Source of the DNA: the human T2T-CHM13v2.0 reference genome, Homo sapiens
Assembly: GCF_009914755.1 (NCBI RefSeq)
Contig: NC_060935.1
Strand: one strand, 5' to 3'
DNA length: 64,000 nucleotides
Positions 24,735 to 38,779 of the stretch are shown one piece after another (within the stretch, counting starts at the first letter, position 1; the number at the start of each line of letters is the position of its first letter). Made by a program: the position numbers and the translations under genes. Below the pieces are notes generated by a model. The model had not been told where the DNA came from and made no database searches. It worked only from the letters and a program-made list of their open reading frames with translations.

Positions 24735-27700
24735 AGGAGGCTTCCAGATGGTTGACTAAAGGGATCCAGTACTTGCCCCCTTCACAACAAAGGATGAAAA
24801 CAGTGAGTAGAAAACCACATGTCGAACAGAGCATCTAACAGAGAACACTGGAATTCAGCAGGGAAGGGAAGTAACAGGGACCCTCTGAAGCACAGAAGGA
24901 AAGGAAAACCAAGCAGCTGGCAGGGATCAGCTCAGTGCCAAGAGCCACACCCTGTTGTGGGGAAAAGGTAAGTGAGAGATATACAACAGCCCAAACTCCC
25001 ACCATGGATTCCTGCAATCCTAGCCACAGGGGAACCCCTTAACTTTTGTGGGGCCCTAAGATAAGTATAGAGAGCTACCTGGAGTCCACAAAAAAGCATT
25101 GTTCCAGACAGGGAAGTTGCGCCGGGTCCCAGGCACCCCCTGAGACCCAAGCAGCTGCAACATAACACCATCTTGAAACTCCAGCTCGGACCAGACTACA
25201 TCATACTCTGGGTCTCAAAAGCCCCTGTAGCTTCATATCCCTGGAGCCCTACTGACATTCCCCTATGTCCAGCCAGAGGATTGCAAGATTGCAGTGCCAG
25301 CTGTTCCCAGTGGTGTCTCTGGGTCCCCAGCACTCTAGCCTATGCTGTGTCCTATACCCCAGGGATCAGGTGGAATGGCACACCAGGGAGCCTTCTCCTA
25401 GGACAAAGGGAGCCAAAGTACATGGCCCCCAGAGCCTGGTAGTTACCTGCCTGGAGCCACCGCCATGGCTGCAACCCCTCACCCCCACCCCAGCAACAGG
25501 GCTGACATGCAGCTGCATGCACTTTCAGAAAGCCTGGGGACTGGCCTACCTGTGTGTTGTCCTGGGGCATGAGTACAGGCTTGCCCCTCCCACTGCCATT
25601 GGTCCCCATGTGCACCATCCAGGGGCATAAGGACAAGCATGCCCTGCCCACCACCATCACCTCCAGCACCTAAGCATGCTATCCAGGGATCTGGGGATTG
25701 AACTGCCTAATTTTCTATAGTGGGTGCTCATGTACACCATTAGAGGATGTGAGGATGGGCCTGCCTTCCTGCTGCCACTGCCACCAGTGCTCACACACAT
25801 TGTCCAAGGGCCTAGGGATTGATCCACCCCACCCACCACTGCTGGTGCCCATGTGTACCATCTGGGAGCCTGAAGAAAGGTTTACCCCTTCAGTCACCAC
25901 TGGTGCCCATATGTGTCACCTGGGGGCCTGGGAATTGACCATCCTCATCATCCACTGGTGCACATGTGTGCCACCCATGGGCATAAAGATGAGCCTATCT
26001 CGCCTTCTGCCAGCATGCAAGTCTTTCTCCCAGGGTGGTGGCAGGCCATGGGACCAGCCCACTCAGCCTGCTACTGCCACTACTTCCACCACCTAGAAGC
26101 TGGGGAAGCAGCCTACCTAGTCCACCATGACCACCACTGGAACTTGCAGGCAATGCTCAAGGGCCCAAAAGATGACCTGCTGCCACTACTTCCACTGCTG
26201 ATACCATGCACACCACTCAGAGGTTCAAGGATGGCCTTCTGCTGCCACCAACAGCACCTGAGCATGTGACCTGGAAGCCCAAGGACTGGCCCACACAGAT
26301 TTTCCATAGTTAGCACCCATGTATGCCACTCAGGGGATTGAAGACCAGCATGCTCAGCCCATCACTGCCATCAATGGTGCCAAGGACCTATCTGCCTGGT
26401 GTCCCCATCTCTAGCAAGGCCTCACCACAGCTTCCACTAACAACCACAGCCTAAGCCACTGTGGAACTCACAGACACCGCTCATGCTGACTACAGCTAAA
26501 GAAATTACATAAGATTTTACTACTGTGCCCACCTGGAATCAAAGCCAAAGACCCTACTCAACACTATAGCTATGTCTTTCCCTACAAAAGCCAAATCATA
26601 AAACTGAAAGAAACAATCATTACAACAGACACACAGGTATTAACATAAGGATACAAAGAGCAAGGAATTATTAAACCTTCAAAGGAACACAATAAATCCC
26701 TAGTAACAAATCTCAAAGAATAAAAATCTATTAAACCGTACCTGAAAAACAATTCAAAATAATACTAAAGAAACTCACTCAGTGAGATACAAGATAAATA
26801 ATACAAAGAAATAAGGAAAAAATAATTTTCTGAATGAGAAATTCAACAGGGATAGGTATTATAATAAAAATACAGAAATGCTGGAACTGAAGAATGCTTT
26901 GAATAAAATAAAAAATACAATTCAGAGCTTTAACAATAGACTAGATAAGCAGAATAAAGAATTTCTGGACTTGAAGACAGGTTTTTTGGTAACCTAGTCA
27001 GACAAAGAAAAAGTTATAAAGAAAGCCTACACAATATATGGGACACCACTAAGGGACCAAATATTCAAATTTTTTGAGTTCTATAAAGAAACGAGATGAA
27101 CAAAGTTATAAAAAACTTATTTGACAAAATAATAGGTGAAAACTTTCCACATTTTGCAAAAGATATAGACATCTAGATTCCCAGATATTCAAACAATAAA
27201 TGGTCTTCTCCAAAGCACATTAAAGTCAAACTGGTCAGAAGTCAAAGACAAAGAGAATTCTAAAAACAGAAAAGGAAAAACATCAAGTGAAATATAAGGG
27301 AATCTCCAATGGACTAATAGTGGATCTCTCAGCAGAAACCTTATAGGACAAGAGAGAATGGGGTGATATATTCAAAGTGAACAAAGAAAGAAAAGAAAAA
27401 AGAAAAGAAAGAGAAAAAGCTTCCAGTTAAAAATACTATAGCTAGCAAAGCTATCCTTCGAAAATGAAGGAGAAATAGTCTCACATACACAAGAAAACTG
27501 AGAATTCATTGTCACTAGATGGCCTTACAAGAAATGCTTAAGATAGTCCTACATCTGGAAACAAAAAGATAATATCATCATTAAAACACATGAAAGTATA
27601 AAACTCACTCATAGAGCAGATATACAAATGAGAAAATGAAATGAATCAAACATTGTCACTACAAAAAACTATCAATGTGTAAAGGTAAATAATAAATGAA

Positions 27701-27813
27701 GAAGAAAAGAACAAAGGATATACAAGACAATCAGGAAATAAACTGACAGGTGTAAGTTCTCACCTGTCAATAACAACACTGAATGTAAATGGTTTAAATT
27801 CCCCTAAAAGATA
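24735..27813 (+). mobile_element. Old L1M (L1M2/L1MA-type) 5'UTR, ORF1 and ORF2 start
   Basis: ttccagatgg start; ~59-bp tandem array; ORF1 remnant (gatctctcagcagaaacctta); ORF2 N-terminus ctgaatgtaaatggtttaaattcccc. Confidence 0.85.
25545..26400 (+). repeat. Degenerate ~58-60-bp tandem array (~14 units) in the L1M 5'UTR
   Basis: Recurring gggcct(g/a)gg(g/a)...ccactgcc...ggtgcccatgtg units at ~25564, 25622, 25686, 25744, 25807, 25865, 25923 and onward. Confidence 0.75.
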
Positions 27814-28544
27814 AAGTTTTGTGTTGTTTTTGGTTTTGTTTTTATTGTTTTTCTAAGATGGAATATTAGAAGATTTCAGTGTGATTCAGGCACTTGGAAA
27901 TTCTGAGCTCAATTCAAGGAGAAAAATGGGAATCCACCAAAATCACGAAGGACATCTCAGATCCTGGAGAGTAGAATGTGGGCACACAGCCCCTGTGATG
28001 GTGTCCAGCTCATAAAAGTGAGTGAGGCCCCAGTACATGAGAGAGGCAGAGAGCCTGCCTCTGTGACTCATCTTTCCACTGGGAATCTGAGCAACTTGGA
28101 CTGCAAGAGCACACTTTGTTTCCCTCAAGCCCCAGAGCTAACTTAAGGAGACAGCTGGAAGTACTGAGGGGAAAAGACACTGAGAAAAGCTGTAGGCATT
28201 TTTTCAGACCCCAGACCAAGAACAGGGTGCCATTTTTAATCCAGGCACGTACAAAGTCAGACATTCTTTGGTGACCTGGCAGCCTGGCCATGCAGGCATT
28301 TTAGTCTTGGGCCAGAGATTGGAGCACTTGTTTTGGCATGCAGTAGGGGCCTCCATAGCCAGAACTGTGGGAAGTGCCTCAGCAGTAGGTGCTGGAATTC
28401 TGCTCTCCCCCATCATAGACTGGGGATGAGAGGAGAGCTACTACAGCTGCAGTTTCTCTGGAAAATGAGACTTGTAGCTAGGGCTAGCTTGGCAACCTGA
28501 AACTGGGCTGCATGTGTCATTGCTGTGTCATTCCCAGCCTGTTC

Positions 28545-29420
28545 CCCTGAGATTGTGGTACAGTGGGGCCCTCTCCGCTCCACCCTCAGGCAGAACTCCA
28601 GGCATTCAGAGCACATGCTTGCCTGGACTAGCCCTCTGAATCACCCCACCCTTCCTGGACGTAAATCATGGTGCAGTGAGGCCCTCTCTGTTTCATACTC
28701 AGGCAGATATCAAGTCATTTAGAGCAGCCGCTCTCATGGAATATCAACCTGAGGCACCCCACCCTTCCTGGGCAGAGGTTCTGGTGCAGTGGAGATCTCT
28801 CTGTTCCATTTTCAGGCTGAACTCCAAGCATTTGGATCACCCACTGACTAGGTTGGCAGCTTTGGCTGCCCCACCCTTCCTGTGCACAGATTGTGATACA
28901 GTGGGGCTTTCTCCACTCCCATGCCCAGGCAGATCTCCAGGCAGTCAGAGCACCCATTCAAAAGGATCAGTAGCTTAAGCCACACTCCCCTTCCTGTGCA
29001 GAGATTATGGTGAAGTGGGGCCCTCTCTGCTCTACACTCAGGCAGATCTCCAGGAATTCTTAGCACCCACTCACCTGAATTGGCAACCTGAGGTAGCACA
29101 CCCTTCCCGCGCAGAGACTGGGTGAAGCAGGGCCCTCTCCACCCCACACCCAGGCATATCTCCAGGAAGACCAGGACTTCCAGCCTGAGACACTCCACCT
29201 TTTCTCTGCAGAGACTGTGGTACACTCCATGACCAGACAGATCTCTAGGCACCTGGAGAACCTACTCTCCTGGATTAGGAGTTTAGGCCACCAATCTCCT
29301 GCACCCCCACCCTTGCAATGAACTTTAGGTTGAGGAAGTTTCCCAGCTCCATGCTTAGGCACATCTTTGGATGTTTTGTGGCAAGCCACTGGATTCTCCC
29401 AGTGCTGGTGCTTGTGCCTG
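28545..29420 (+). repeat. ~113-bp tandem monomer array (7-8 units) in the L1PB 5'UTR
   Basis: cacccttcc anchor at 28647, 28760, 28872, ~28986 and 29099; caggcagatctccagg recurs. Confidence 0.88.
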
Positions 29421-29622
29421 CCACTGGGGGACTTGCAGGTGGGCCTGCTTGGTCTGGCCCAGCCAATCATGCTCCCAGCACTCCCGGGGCTGAGCAGGGA
29501 GCTGAGACCACTCTGCATTTCATGGATTAGTCCATTGCCTGAAGCAACAGAGAGCTTCTCCCAGTAAGCAAGGATGAAGCATATACCTAGCCTAGCTGGC
29601 TGCAGCTGGCTCTTACCCTTAA

Positions 29623-29636
29623 GCGCCATCTACTGG
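29623..29636 (-). promoter_or_regulatory. CTCF core motif in the L1 5'UTR
   Basis: Minus strand CCAGTAGATGGCGC is a perfect match to CCASYAGRKGGCRS; TGTAGTAT upstream-motif-like sequence on the correct side. Confidence 0.6.
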
Positions 29637-32600
29637 CTCATAGGTTATACTACACAGTCCAATATAAAACTTGCTAAAAGTCCAGAGGGCTATAGAAGCA
29701 CAGCCAAATGACCCTACCCAGGATTCTCTACACTCTAAACCCCCTTGGGGGTAGGAGGAGGGAAAGAAGAAAAAATAATATTATAGAGAAAGAAATAAGA
29801 AGAAAAAATGCTACCCTCATGAAAATAATTACAAAAATTAGAAGTGCCAGCATCTCCCGATGAGAAGGAACTAGCACAAGAATTCTGGCATCACGAAAAA
29901 TATGAACTTATTGGCATCACCAAAGGATAACACTAGCTCTCCACTGATGGGCTCTAACCAAAATGGAAATTCAGAATTGACACAAATAATTCAAAGCACA
30001 GATTTCAAGGAAGTTCAATGAGATCCAAGACAAGGATGAAAATCAACACAAAGAAATTTCCAAATCAATCCAAAAAATGAAAGAAGAGGTAAATATATTA
30101 AAATGAAATCAATCGGAGCTTCTAGTGTTAAAAAACTCACTAAATTTTTCAAAATACAATTGAAAGCTTTATCAATAGACTGGACTAAGAAGAAGAAAGA
30201 ATTCCAGAGCTTGAAGACTAGTCTTTTGAACTAACCCAAGAAAAAGTAAACAACCTGAAAAATATATTTGAGGGAATAATTTAAGAAAATTTCCTTAATC
30301 TTCCTAGTGAAGGAGATATCCAGATACAAGAAATCCTGAGAACACCTGCAAGATACTGTACAAAACAAACATCACTAAGACAAATAGTGACCAGACTGTC
30401 CTAGGTCAATGTTAAAGAAAAATGTCTTAATAGTAGCTAGAGAAAAAGGTCAGATAAGATACCAAGGAAACCCCATTAGGCTAACAGCAGACTTCTCAGC
30501 CAAAACCTTACAAGCCAGGAGAGATTAGGGGTCTATATTCAGCATTCTTTAACCAAAGAAATTTCTAGTCAAGAATTTCATATCCCACCAAACTAAGCTT
30601 TCTAAGAGAAAGAGACATAAAATCTGTTCCAGACAAGCAAGCACTAAGTGAATTTGTCACCATTAGACCAGCCTCATAAGAGATCCTTAAGGAAGTTCTA
30701 AACATGCAAATGAAAGAATGATACCTGCTACCACAAAAACACACTTAAGCCACCAACATAGTTGACACCCCATTAAGCAAGTACACAGTAGAAACTACAA
30801 AGCAACCAGCAAACAACTTCATGATAGGATCAAAACCTCACATATCCATATTAACCTTGAATGTAAATGATTTAAACACCCCATTAAAATGGCACAGAGT
30901 GCCAAACTGGATTTAAAAGGAAAAAAGACCCATCCATTTGCTCTTTTCAAGAGACATATCTCACATGTAAGGACACACATAGGCTCAAAGTAAAGGGTTA
31001 AAGAAATATCTATCAAAAAATGGAAGAAAAAGGAGCGGAGGTCACTAGTCTTATATCAGATAAAACAGACATTAAACCAACAACAGCAAAAAAAAAAAAA
31101 AAAAAAAGACAAGAGCATTACATAATGATAAATGGTTCAATTTTACAAAAAGACTTAACTATCCTAAATACGTACAAACCCAACATTGGAGCACCCAAAT
31201 TCATAAAACAAGTACTTCTAAACCTATGAAAGATTGAGACAGCCACACAATAATAGTAGGGGAACTACAACACTTAACTAACGGTATTAGACAGATCATT
31301 GAGGCAGAAAACTAACAAAGAAATCCTGGACTTAAACTCAAAACTTGACCAATTAGACTTAATAGAAGTCTACAGAATACTCCACCCAATAACCACAAAA
31401 TACACATTCTTCTAATTTGCACACAGAACATACTCTAAGATTTTCCACATACTTAATAAACCAAGTCTCAATAAATTTAAAAAAAATGAAATCATGCCAA
31501 TCATAGTCTCAGAAAACAGTACAATAAAAATAAAAATAAATACCCAGCAGATCCCTTAAAAAACACAATATTCCATGGAAATTTAAAAATGTGCCCCCAA
31601 ATGATTTTGGGATAAAAATATTAAAGTAGAAATTTAAAAATTATTTGAAATAAATAAAAATGGAGATACAACATATCAAAATCTCTGGGATGCAGTAAAA
31701 GTGTTAAAAGGAAAGTTTATAGTGCTAAATGCCTATCTCAAAAAGTTAGAAAGATTTTTAAAAACCTAACATCATACCTAGAGTAACTAGAAAAACAAGA
31801 AAAAACTAACCCCATAGCTAGCAGAAGAAAATAGTCAAAATCAGAGCAGAACTGAAAGAAACTAAGACCAAAAAAATCTATACAAAGAATCAATGAAACA
31901 AAAAGTTTATTCTTGTAAAGAATAAACAAGATTAATAGACTCTTAACTAGACTAATAAAAGAGAGAGAGAGAAAGATCCAAAGAAACACAACCAGAAATA
32001 CAAAAAAAAACCTCATACATTATGAAGACATCTAGGCACACAAACTAGAAATCTAGAGAAAATGGATAAATTCCTGGAAACACATAACTCCCAAGATTGA
32101 ATGTGGAAGGAATTGAAACCCTGAACAAACAAATATCAGGTTCTGAAATTGAATTAGTAATTAAAAACCTGCCAGACAATATGAGCCCAGACCAGATGGA
32201 TTCACAGCCAAATTCCACCAGATATACAAAGAGCTAGTACCAATCCTATTATAACTATTCTAAAAAAAAATCAAAGAGAGACTCCTCCCTAACTCATTCT
32301 ATGAAACCAGCATGACCCTGATATCAAAACCTGGCAAAGACACAGTGAAAAAGGGAAGCTACAAACCAATATCCCTGAAGAACATAGACACAGAAATCAT
32401 TGAGAAAATACTAGTGAACCAAATCCAGCAGCACATCAGAAAGTTAATTCACTGTGATCAAGTAGGCTTAATTCCTGAGATGTAAGGTTGGTGCAATACA
32501 CTCAAATCAATAAGTGTGATTCACCACATAAAGAGAATTAAGAAAAGCCATATGATAATCTCAATAGATGCAAAAAAAGCCTCCCATAAAATCTAACATC

Positions 32601-33046
32601 GCCTCGTGTGAAAAGCCCACAACAGACTAGGCATCAAAGGAACACAGCTCAAAATAATAAGAGCCATCAAACCCACATCCAACATTATATTGAATGAATG
32701 GGCAACAGCTGTAACAATTCCCCTTGAGAACCAGAACAAGACAAGGATGCTTACCCTCACCACACCTGTTCAACATAATACTAGAAGTCCTAGCCAGAGC
32801 ATCAGATAAGAGGAAGAAATAAAAGGTATCCAAACAGGGAAAAAAAAAAAGAAGTCAAACTATCTCTCTTTACTGAAGATGTGATTCTATAACTGGAAAA
32901 CCACAAAGACTCTACCAAAAGGCTCCTGGAACTGATAAACAACTTCGGTAAAGTTTCAGGATACAAAATAATGTACAAAAATCAGTAGCATTTCTATATA
33001 CCAAAAATGTTCAAGCTGAGAGGCAAATCAAGAATGCAATCCCATT

Positions 33047-33048
<2 letters not shown>

Positions 33049-33098
<50 letters not shown>
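33049..33098. repeat. (AC)25 microsatellite
   Basis: Perfect dinucleotide run inside L1 ORF2. Confidence 0.98.
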
Positions 33099-33101
<3 letters not shown>

Positions 33102-34860
33102 ACCTAGGAATACAGCTAACCGAGGAGGTGAAAGATCTCTAAAAGAATTACAAAACACTGTGAAAAAATTCTACAATGATACAAACTAATGGGAAAGCAT
33201 TCCGCGTTCATGAATTGGAAGAATCAGTTTCTTGGTTCCAATGTCAATATTGGAAGAACCAATCTACAGATTCAACTCTATTCCTATCAAACTACTAACA
33301 TCATTTTTCACATATTTAGAAAAAAAGTATTCTAAAATTCATATGGAACCAAAAAAGAATTCAAATATCCAAAGTAATCCTAAGTAAAAAGAAAAAGCTA
33401 GAGAAACCAAATTACCTGACTTTATATACTACAAGGCTGCAGTAAATAAAATATGATAATACTGTTACAAAAACAAACACATAGACTAATGGAACAAAAT
33501 AGAGAACCCAGAAATAAAGCCACAAACATATAGCCATCTGATCTTCAACAAAATTATGAAAATCTCCTTATTCAATAAATAAAAACCCCTTATTCAATAA
33601 ATAGTGCTGGGATAGCTGTCTAACCATATGCAGAAGAATGAAAGTGGATCCCTATCTTTCACTATATACAAAAATGAATTCCAGATGGATTAAAGATTTA
33701 AATGTAAGACCTCAAATTTTAAGAATCCTAGAAGAAAACCTACAAAACACTATTGCAGTCATTGGCCTTGGGAAAGAATTTATGACTAAGTCCTCAAAAG
33801 CAATAAAAAAACATCAAAAATTCACAAATGGGGCCTAATTAAACTGAAGAGCTTCTGCACAGAAAAGGAAACTATCAACAGTGTAAACAGACATCCCACA
33901 GAATGAGAGAAAATATTCACAAACTATGCATCTGAAAAATATCTAACACCCAGAATCTATAAGGAGCTTAAACAAATCAACATGCGAAAAGCAAACAACC
34001 CCTTTAAAAAAAAATGGGCAAATGATATGAACAGACACTTCTGAAAACAAGACATACAAGCAGCATATGGAAACAAGCATATGGAAAAATGTTCATTATC
34101 ACTAATCATCAGAGAAATGCCAATGAAAACCACAACGATATGCCATCTTACCACCAGTCAGAATGGCAATTATTAAAAGGACAAAAAACAAGTCCTGGCA
34201 AGGCTGCAGAGAAAAAGGAACATTTATATGCTATTGGTGGGAAGGCAAATTAGTTCAGCCATTGTGGAAAACAGTCTGGAGATTTCTCAAAGAACTTAAA
34301 GTGGAACTACCATTTGACCCAGCCATCCTGTCACTGGATATACACTCAAAGGAACATAAATCATTCTACCATAAAGACACATGCATGTGTATGTTCATTG
34401 CAACAGTATTCACAATAGCAAAGACATGGAATCAACCCAGGTGTCCATAAATAGTGGATTGGATAAAGAAAATGTGGTGTATATACACCATGGAATACTA
34501 TGCAGCCTTAAAAAAAGTGAAATTATGTCCTTTGCAGTAGTATGAATGCAGCTGGAGGCTATTATCCTAAGCAAATTAATACAGAAACAGAAAAACAAAT
34601 ACTATATATTCTCACTTATAAGTGGGAACTAAACAATGGGTACTCATGAACATAAAGATGGCAACAACAGACACAGAGGGCTTCTATAGTGGGGAGGGAT
34701 AGATGGGAGCAAATATTGTAAAACTATCGGGTGCTGTGCTCACTCACTAGCATCATTCATCCCCTAAACCTCAGCATTATTCAATATACCCATGTAAAAA
34801 ACCTGCACATGTACCCCCCGTGTCTAAAATAAAAGTTGAAATTATAAAAAATAAAAGATA

Positions 34861-35800
34861 TAGACTAGCTGAATGGACCAAAAACCAAGATACAACTATA
34901 TGCTGCCTATGAGAAACTTGCTTTACCTGTAATGACACAGACTGAAAGTGAAGAGATGCAAAAAATTCCATGCAAATAGAAACCAAAAACATGCAGGAGT
35001 AGTGATGCTTATATCAGATGAAACCTATTTTATGTCAAAAATCATAAAAAGAAAAAGAAGGTCCTTATATAACGATAAAGGAGTCAATCAGCAAGAAGAT
35101 ATAATAATTGTAACTATATGCACCCAACGCCAGATTACCCAGATATATAAAGCAAATATTAACAGTGCTAAACAAATAGAACCCAATACAATAATAGTTG
35201 GGGACTTCACCCCACGTTCAGCCTTGGACAGATCATCTAGGCAGAAAGTCAACATCAAACATCAGACTTAATATGCACCATAGAACAAAGAGACCTAACA
35301 GACATTTACAGAATATTTCATCCAATAGTTGCAAAATAGTCCTTTCATTAATGCTCAGAATATCCTCCAGGATAGACCACATATTAGGCCACAAAACAAA
35401 TCTCAACAAAATGTTGAAAATTGAAATCATATTAAGTATCTCCTCAGACCACTATGTAATAAAACTATAAATCAATAAAAAGAGTAACTTGGATGCTATA
35501 CAAATATATGGAAATTAAACAACAGGCTCCTGAATAACGATTGGGTCAATAAATAAATAAAGAAATGAATTAAATAAATTATTGAAACAAATAAAAATCG
35601 AAACACAGCACGCCAAAACCCATGGAATATAGCAAAAGAAGTGCTAAGAGGGGAGTTTATAGCAATAAATGTCTACATCAAAAAAGTAGAAGATTTCAAA
35701 TAAATAACCTAATTATGCATCTCCAGGAACTACAAAACAAACCAAATCCCAAATTAGTAGAAGGAAATGATAATTAATAATAAATAGAGCAGAACTAAAT
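34861..35800 (+). mobile_element. Continuation of the host L1M ORF2 endonuclease region, 3'-truncated
   Basis: tagactagctgaatgg...tatgctgcctatgagaaac; peptides IIVGDF and SRIDHILGHK of the APE-type endonuclease. Confidence 0.9.
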
Positions 35801-36189
35801 TTGAGTTTTGCAGACAGTGGGTTTTTTTTTTTACTCAGGAGTTTACATGAGGACATAAATAATCATGTTATCAAATTGTAGAATGCAATACTTGACAAAA
35901 AGTTAGATGAGGATTTTAAAAACTTTAGGCTGATAACACAAAACCAGAAGTAGTAAATTTAACAAAATAAAAACAAAATGATCCCCAGGAATTAAAAAAA
36001 AATTTAAAAAGAACAGAAAAATGAATACATGTATAATGAATCCGCCTCACCAATAATTTTTAAAAAGTTAAATTGTGATGTAATCTTTGGGGTTTGAAAA
36101 ATATCTTTAAATTATGAAATCTAACGATAAGATTATAGCAAAAGTTGTAATATATATACTTGTATATTGTCACTACTTTTTCTTCTTTT

Positions 36190-36600
36190 GGGAAGTAATT
36201 TGGCAAGTAATTTCAAGATCGATTAAAAAAAAATCGTATTTGTAACCCAAACATTAGCTTCTGGCGATTTATCTTAAGTAATTAAAAAGAATAAAAGTTG
36301 TGTGCAAGAATATGTTCACTAAAGCTTTAGTTATAATAGTGACAAACCAAAACTATAAAAATAGAAAACAACTACTTAATCTATAGCCATTAAAATGAAA
36401 ATGACTTTGGAAACTATACTGAAAGAACACATTTGGTATAATGCTTGTTGAGCAGAGAACACAAATTGTTCCCATGATGATTATGTGAACTATATGTGTG
36501 TGAATGAAATCCACATGAGAATAATTGCATTGAATCATGAAATTTTGAGTAACAGCTTTTCTTCTGTGAAAATAATTCTTCTCAATTTTACTATAAAAAC
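36190..36600 (+). mobile_element. L1ME-type 3' fragment
   Basis: gtaatttggcaag...gatttatcttaag...tgtgcaagaatatgttcact. Confidence 0.5.
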
Positions 36601-36792
36601 AATTACAAGAAATACATTAGCATATTTTAAACGGATGTGTTAAAAATGGGCAATTCAGGTAGACTTCCTTCGCTTTGCTGTGCATGCCTGAATTTTCTCA
36701 TCTTCCCAAGTTACATCAAATATCTCACATGTGAATTGCTCTCTGTGTCACTCTGCTCTCATGCTCACTCTTCCATCTGTCAGTGTCCTTGT

Positions 36793-36833
36793 TACACACA
36801 CACACACACACGCACACACACACACACACACAC
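36793..36833. repeat. (CA)n microsatellite with one interruption
   Basis: Read directly. Confidence 0.95.
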
Positions 36834-38072
36834 AACCTGAAACACTTGAAACCACTCAAAAGGCTAGTATTAGGTTTCCATCAAACCCTTAAATGATAAG
36901 AGGCTAGAACTTGAGCCTTTCTGGTTTAATATTCAGAATTAGTCCTCACTCTTAAAGTACTTACTTCAATCTCCATTTTACTCTTTAAAAATACTCCATT
37001 TTTTTTCTAAATATACAGTGCAATTCAAATATACGGTGCAATTCAGATTTAATATTTTTGTCCAGCTGTCCAAACCTAGGGTTGGGGAGAAAATCAATCA
37101 CAGAGTGCGGCTTTGCATTTCTGTCACTAGCTCTGGCCCCTCCTATTAATGCTGCATATTTATCCTCACTTCCCCAGGCCTGATCACTAGACAGCAACAG
37201 AATGAGCTGATAGGACATGAAAAGCTTATAGGCAGAAATGCATTTTGGAGGACTCGTAGTTCTTTTGAAACAATCTGAGGTTAATGCCTACATTAAACAA
37301 ATTCAAGTAATACCTGTGGCTCCAGTTTGTGGCCAAAAGATACACAAGAATCTGAAAAGGTCACAGTCAAAAGCTCTGAGTAGCGTAACCAGAAGGCAAG
37401 AAAATATGACAACAACAACAACATATGAAGAGATCTTATGGAGTTTAAAGCTAAAGGAAAAGAGAACACAACTAACCTGGTCTGGTATTAGTTCAGGGAA
37501 AGGCAGAGCCTGCAAAAGCCTTTCACAGTCATGGTAAATTGTCACTGTTCAGTATGTCAACTTGGATTTAGCTCAATGACACCACTGTAACACACTAACG
37601 TAGATGGCAGCATGCTAAAATCTTCTAGGACTCTTTCTAAAATACCCAGGTTAATCTTGTATCATTTCCCCAGAGTTGCTGGAACCATCTGAGTGAAATC
37701 CATGGGTCAATGCAGAACCTCTCATGGGCTCTATATTTACTCACCAGGGATGAAAGGATTGTCTTAGTAATCAAGTAATGTCCTCTGACACATATCCTGC
37801 TAGAGAAGCCATCTTTTCTTTGGAACCTGAAAGCATTTTAATCACTTTATTTCAGTAATTTATACCTCATGCATTTTCTACACTGTGCTATGATTGGCTT
37901 CAGGAGTAGGTCTGAATTCAGTAAGAAGCCATTTTACAATGCTTCCAACCAAGACTAGAGAGAAAAATTTAAAAACTAGAGTAAAAAAAATGTGTCCTTT
38001 AAGATTTCTAGGCTGATGAATTTTACGTAAATAGAAAGGTTATAGATATGCATACTAAGTACTTCATATGCC

Positions 38073-38080
38073 TACACACA

Positions 38081-38117
<37 letters not shown>
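38073..38117. repeat. Compound (CA)/(CT)n/(CA)n microsatellite
   Basis: Read directly. Confidence 0.93.
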
Positions 38118-38118
<1 letters not shown>

Positions 38119-38779
38119 AGTCAGGAATCCATAGCAAAATTAAGATTTAGTGACACCTTGCAGAAAGAGGTTGTATGCAAGGATGAACAAAAAGATACTG
38201 ATATATCTGATGCAATAATTTGAAGTAACGAATCTGGTTATGTCTGCAAATGTCTAATTGGTTCTCTCCACACATTTATTTGGACCCAGAATGATTGAAT
38301 TTTACAGAGCTGTGTAATATGGTCATTCCATAAAGAAATGTTCAAAGTATGTCAAAAGCAAGAGCCAACTTATGCAGTGGAAGCTCAAACATAATTGTAT
38401 CTAAACCCAAAAGCTCAAATGCTCTAGGATCTATGACTAGGGAGGCTTTATTTATTAAAAAAAAACTCATACGTAGAAAACCTGAAGATCTCAACATCAG
38501 GTAAAGGAGTTTTGTCCTTAACGCTGCTCTGTTCAGAAGTTTATCAGAGTCATAAACCCTTACAGAAGAAATCAGATATATAACAGATGTAACACAATCT
38601 GCTTCTGTTCTTGCACTTGTTTATACTTGAAAAAATTATCATATTAATGCTGTCCTATAAAGGAGAGTAGAACAGAGTCGTCCAGCTGATAATAACCTCA
38701 GATACCAACCCAGGTTTGGACCATGGCTGATTCTTTTATTTAACCAGCAGATCTACTCTTCTAATAAATTAGAAATAGT

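Larger units (their letters stand above)
27814..34851 (+). mobile_element. Near full-length (~7.0 kb) L1PB/L1PA17-type LINE-1, inactive, nested in the older L1M
   Basis: 5'UTR with 113-bp array, ORF1 (~29.9-30.75 kb), ORF2 from atgataggatca (30821), 3'UTR ending taaaataaaagttgaaatt; TSD TAAAAGATA at 27805-27813 and 34852-34860; many stops and frameshifts. Confidence 0.92.

Noticed and set aside
28545-29420. Regularly spaced repeats superficially like a CRISPR array
   Set aside because: Whole units are homologous with no unique spacers; eukaryotic L1 monomer array; no cas genes.
28848-29629. 189-aa and 134-aa minus-strand ORFs
   Set aside because: Arise from the GC-rich, stop-poor tandem array in the L1 5'UTR; no recognisable protein.
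37238-37537. 99-aa ORF
   Set aside because: Partly resembles an old CR1/L3 remnant plus (ACA)n; no protein family recognised.
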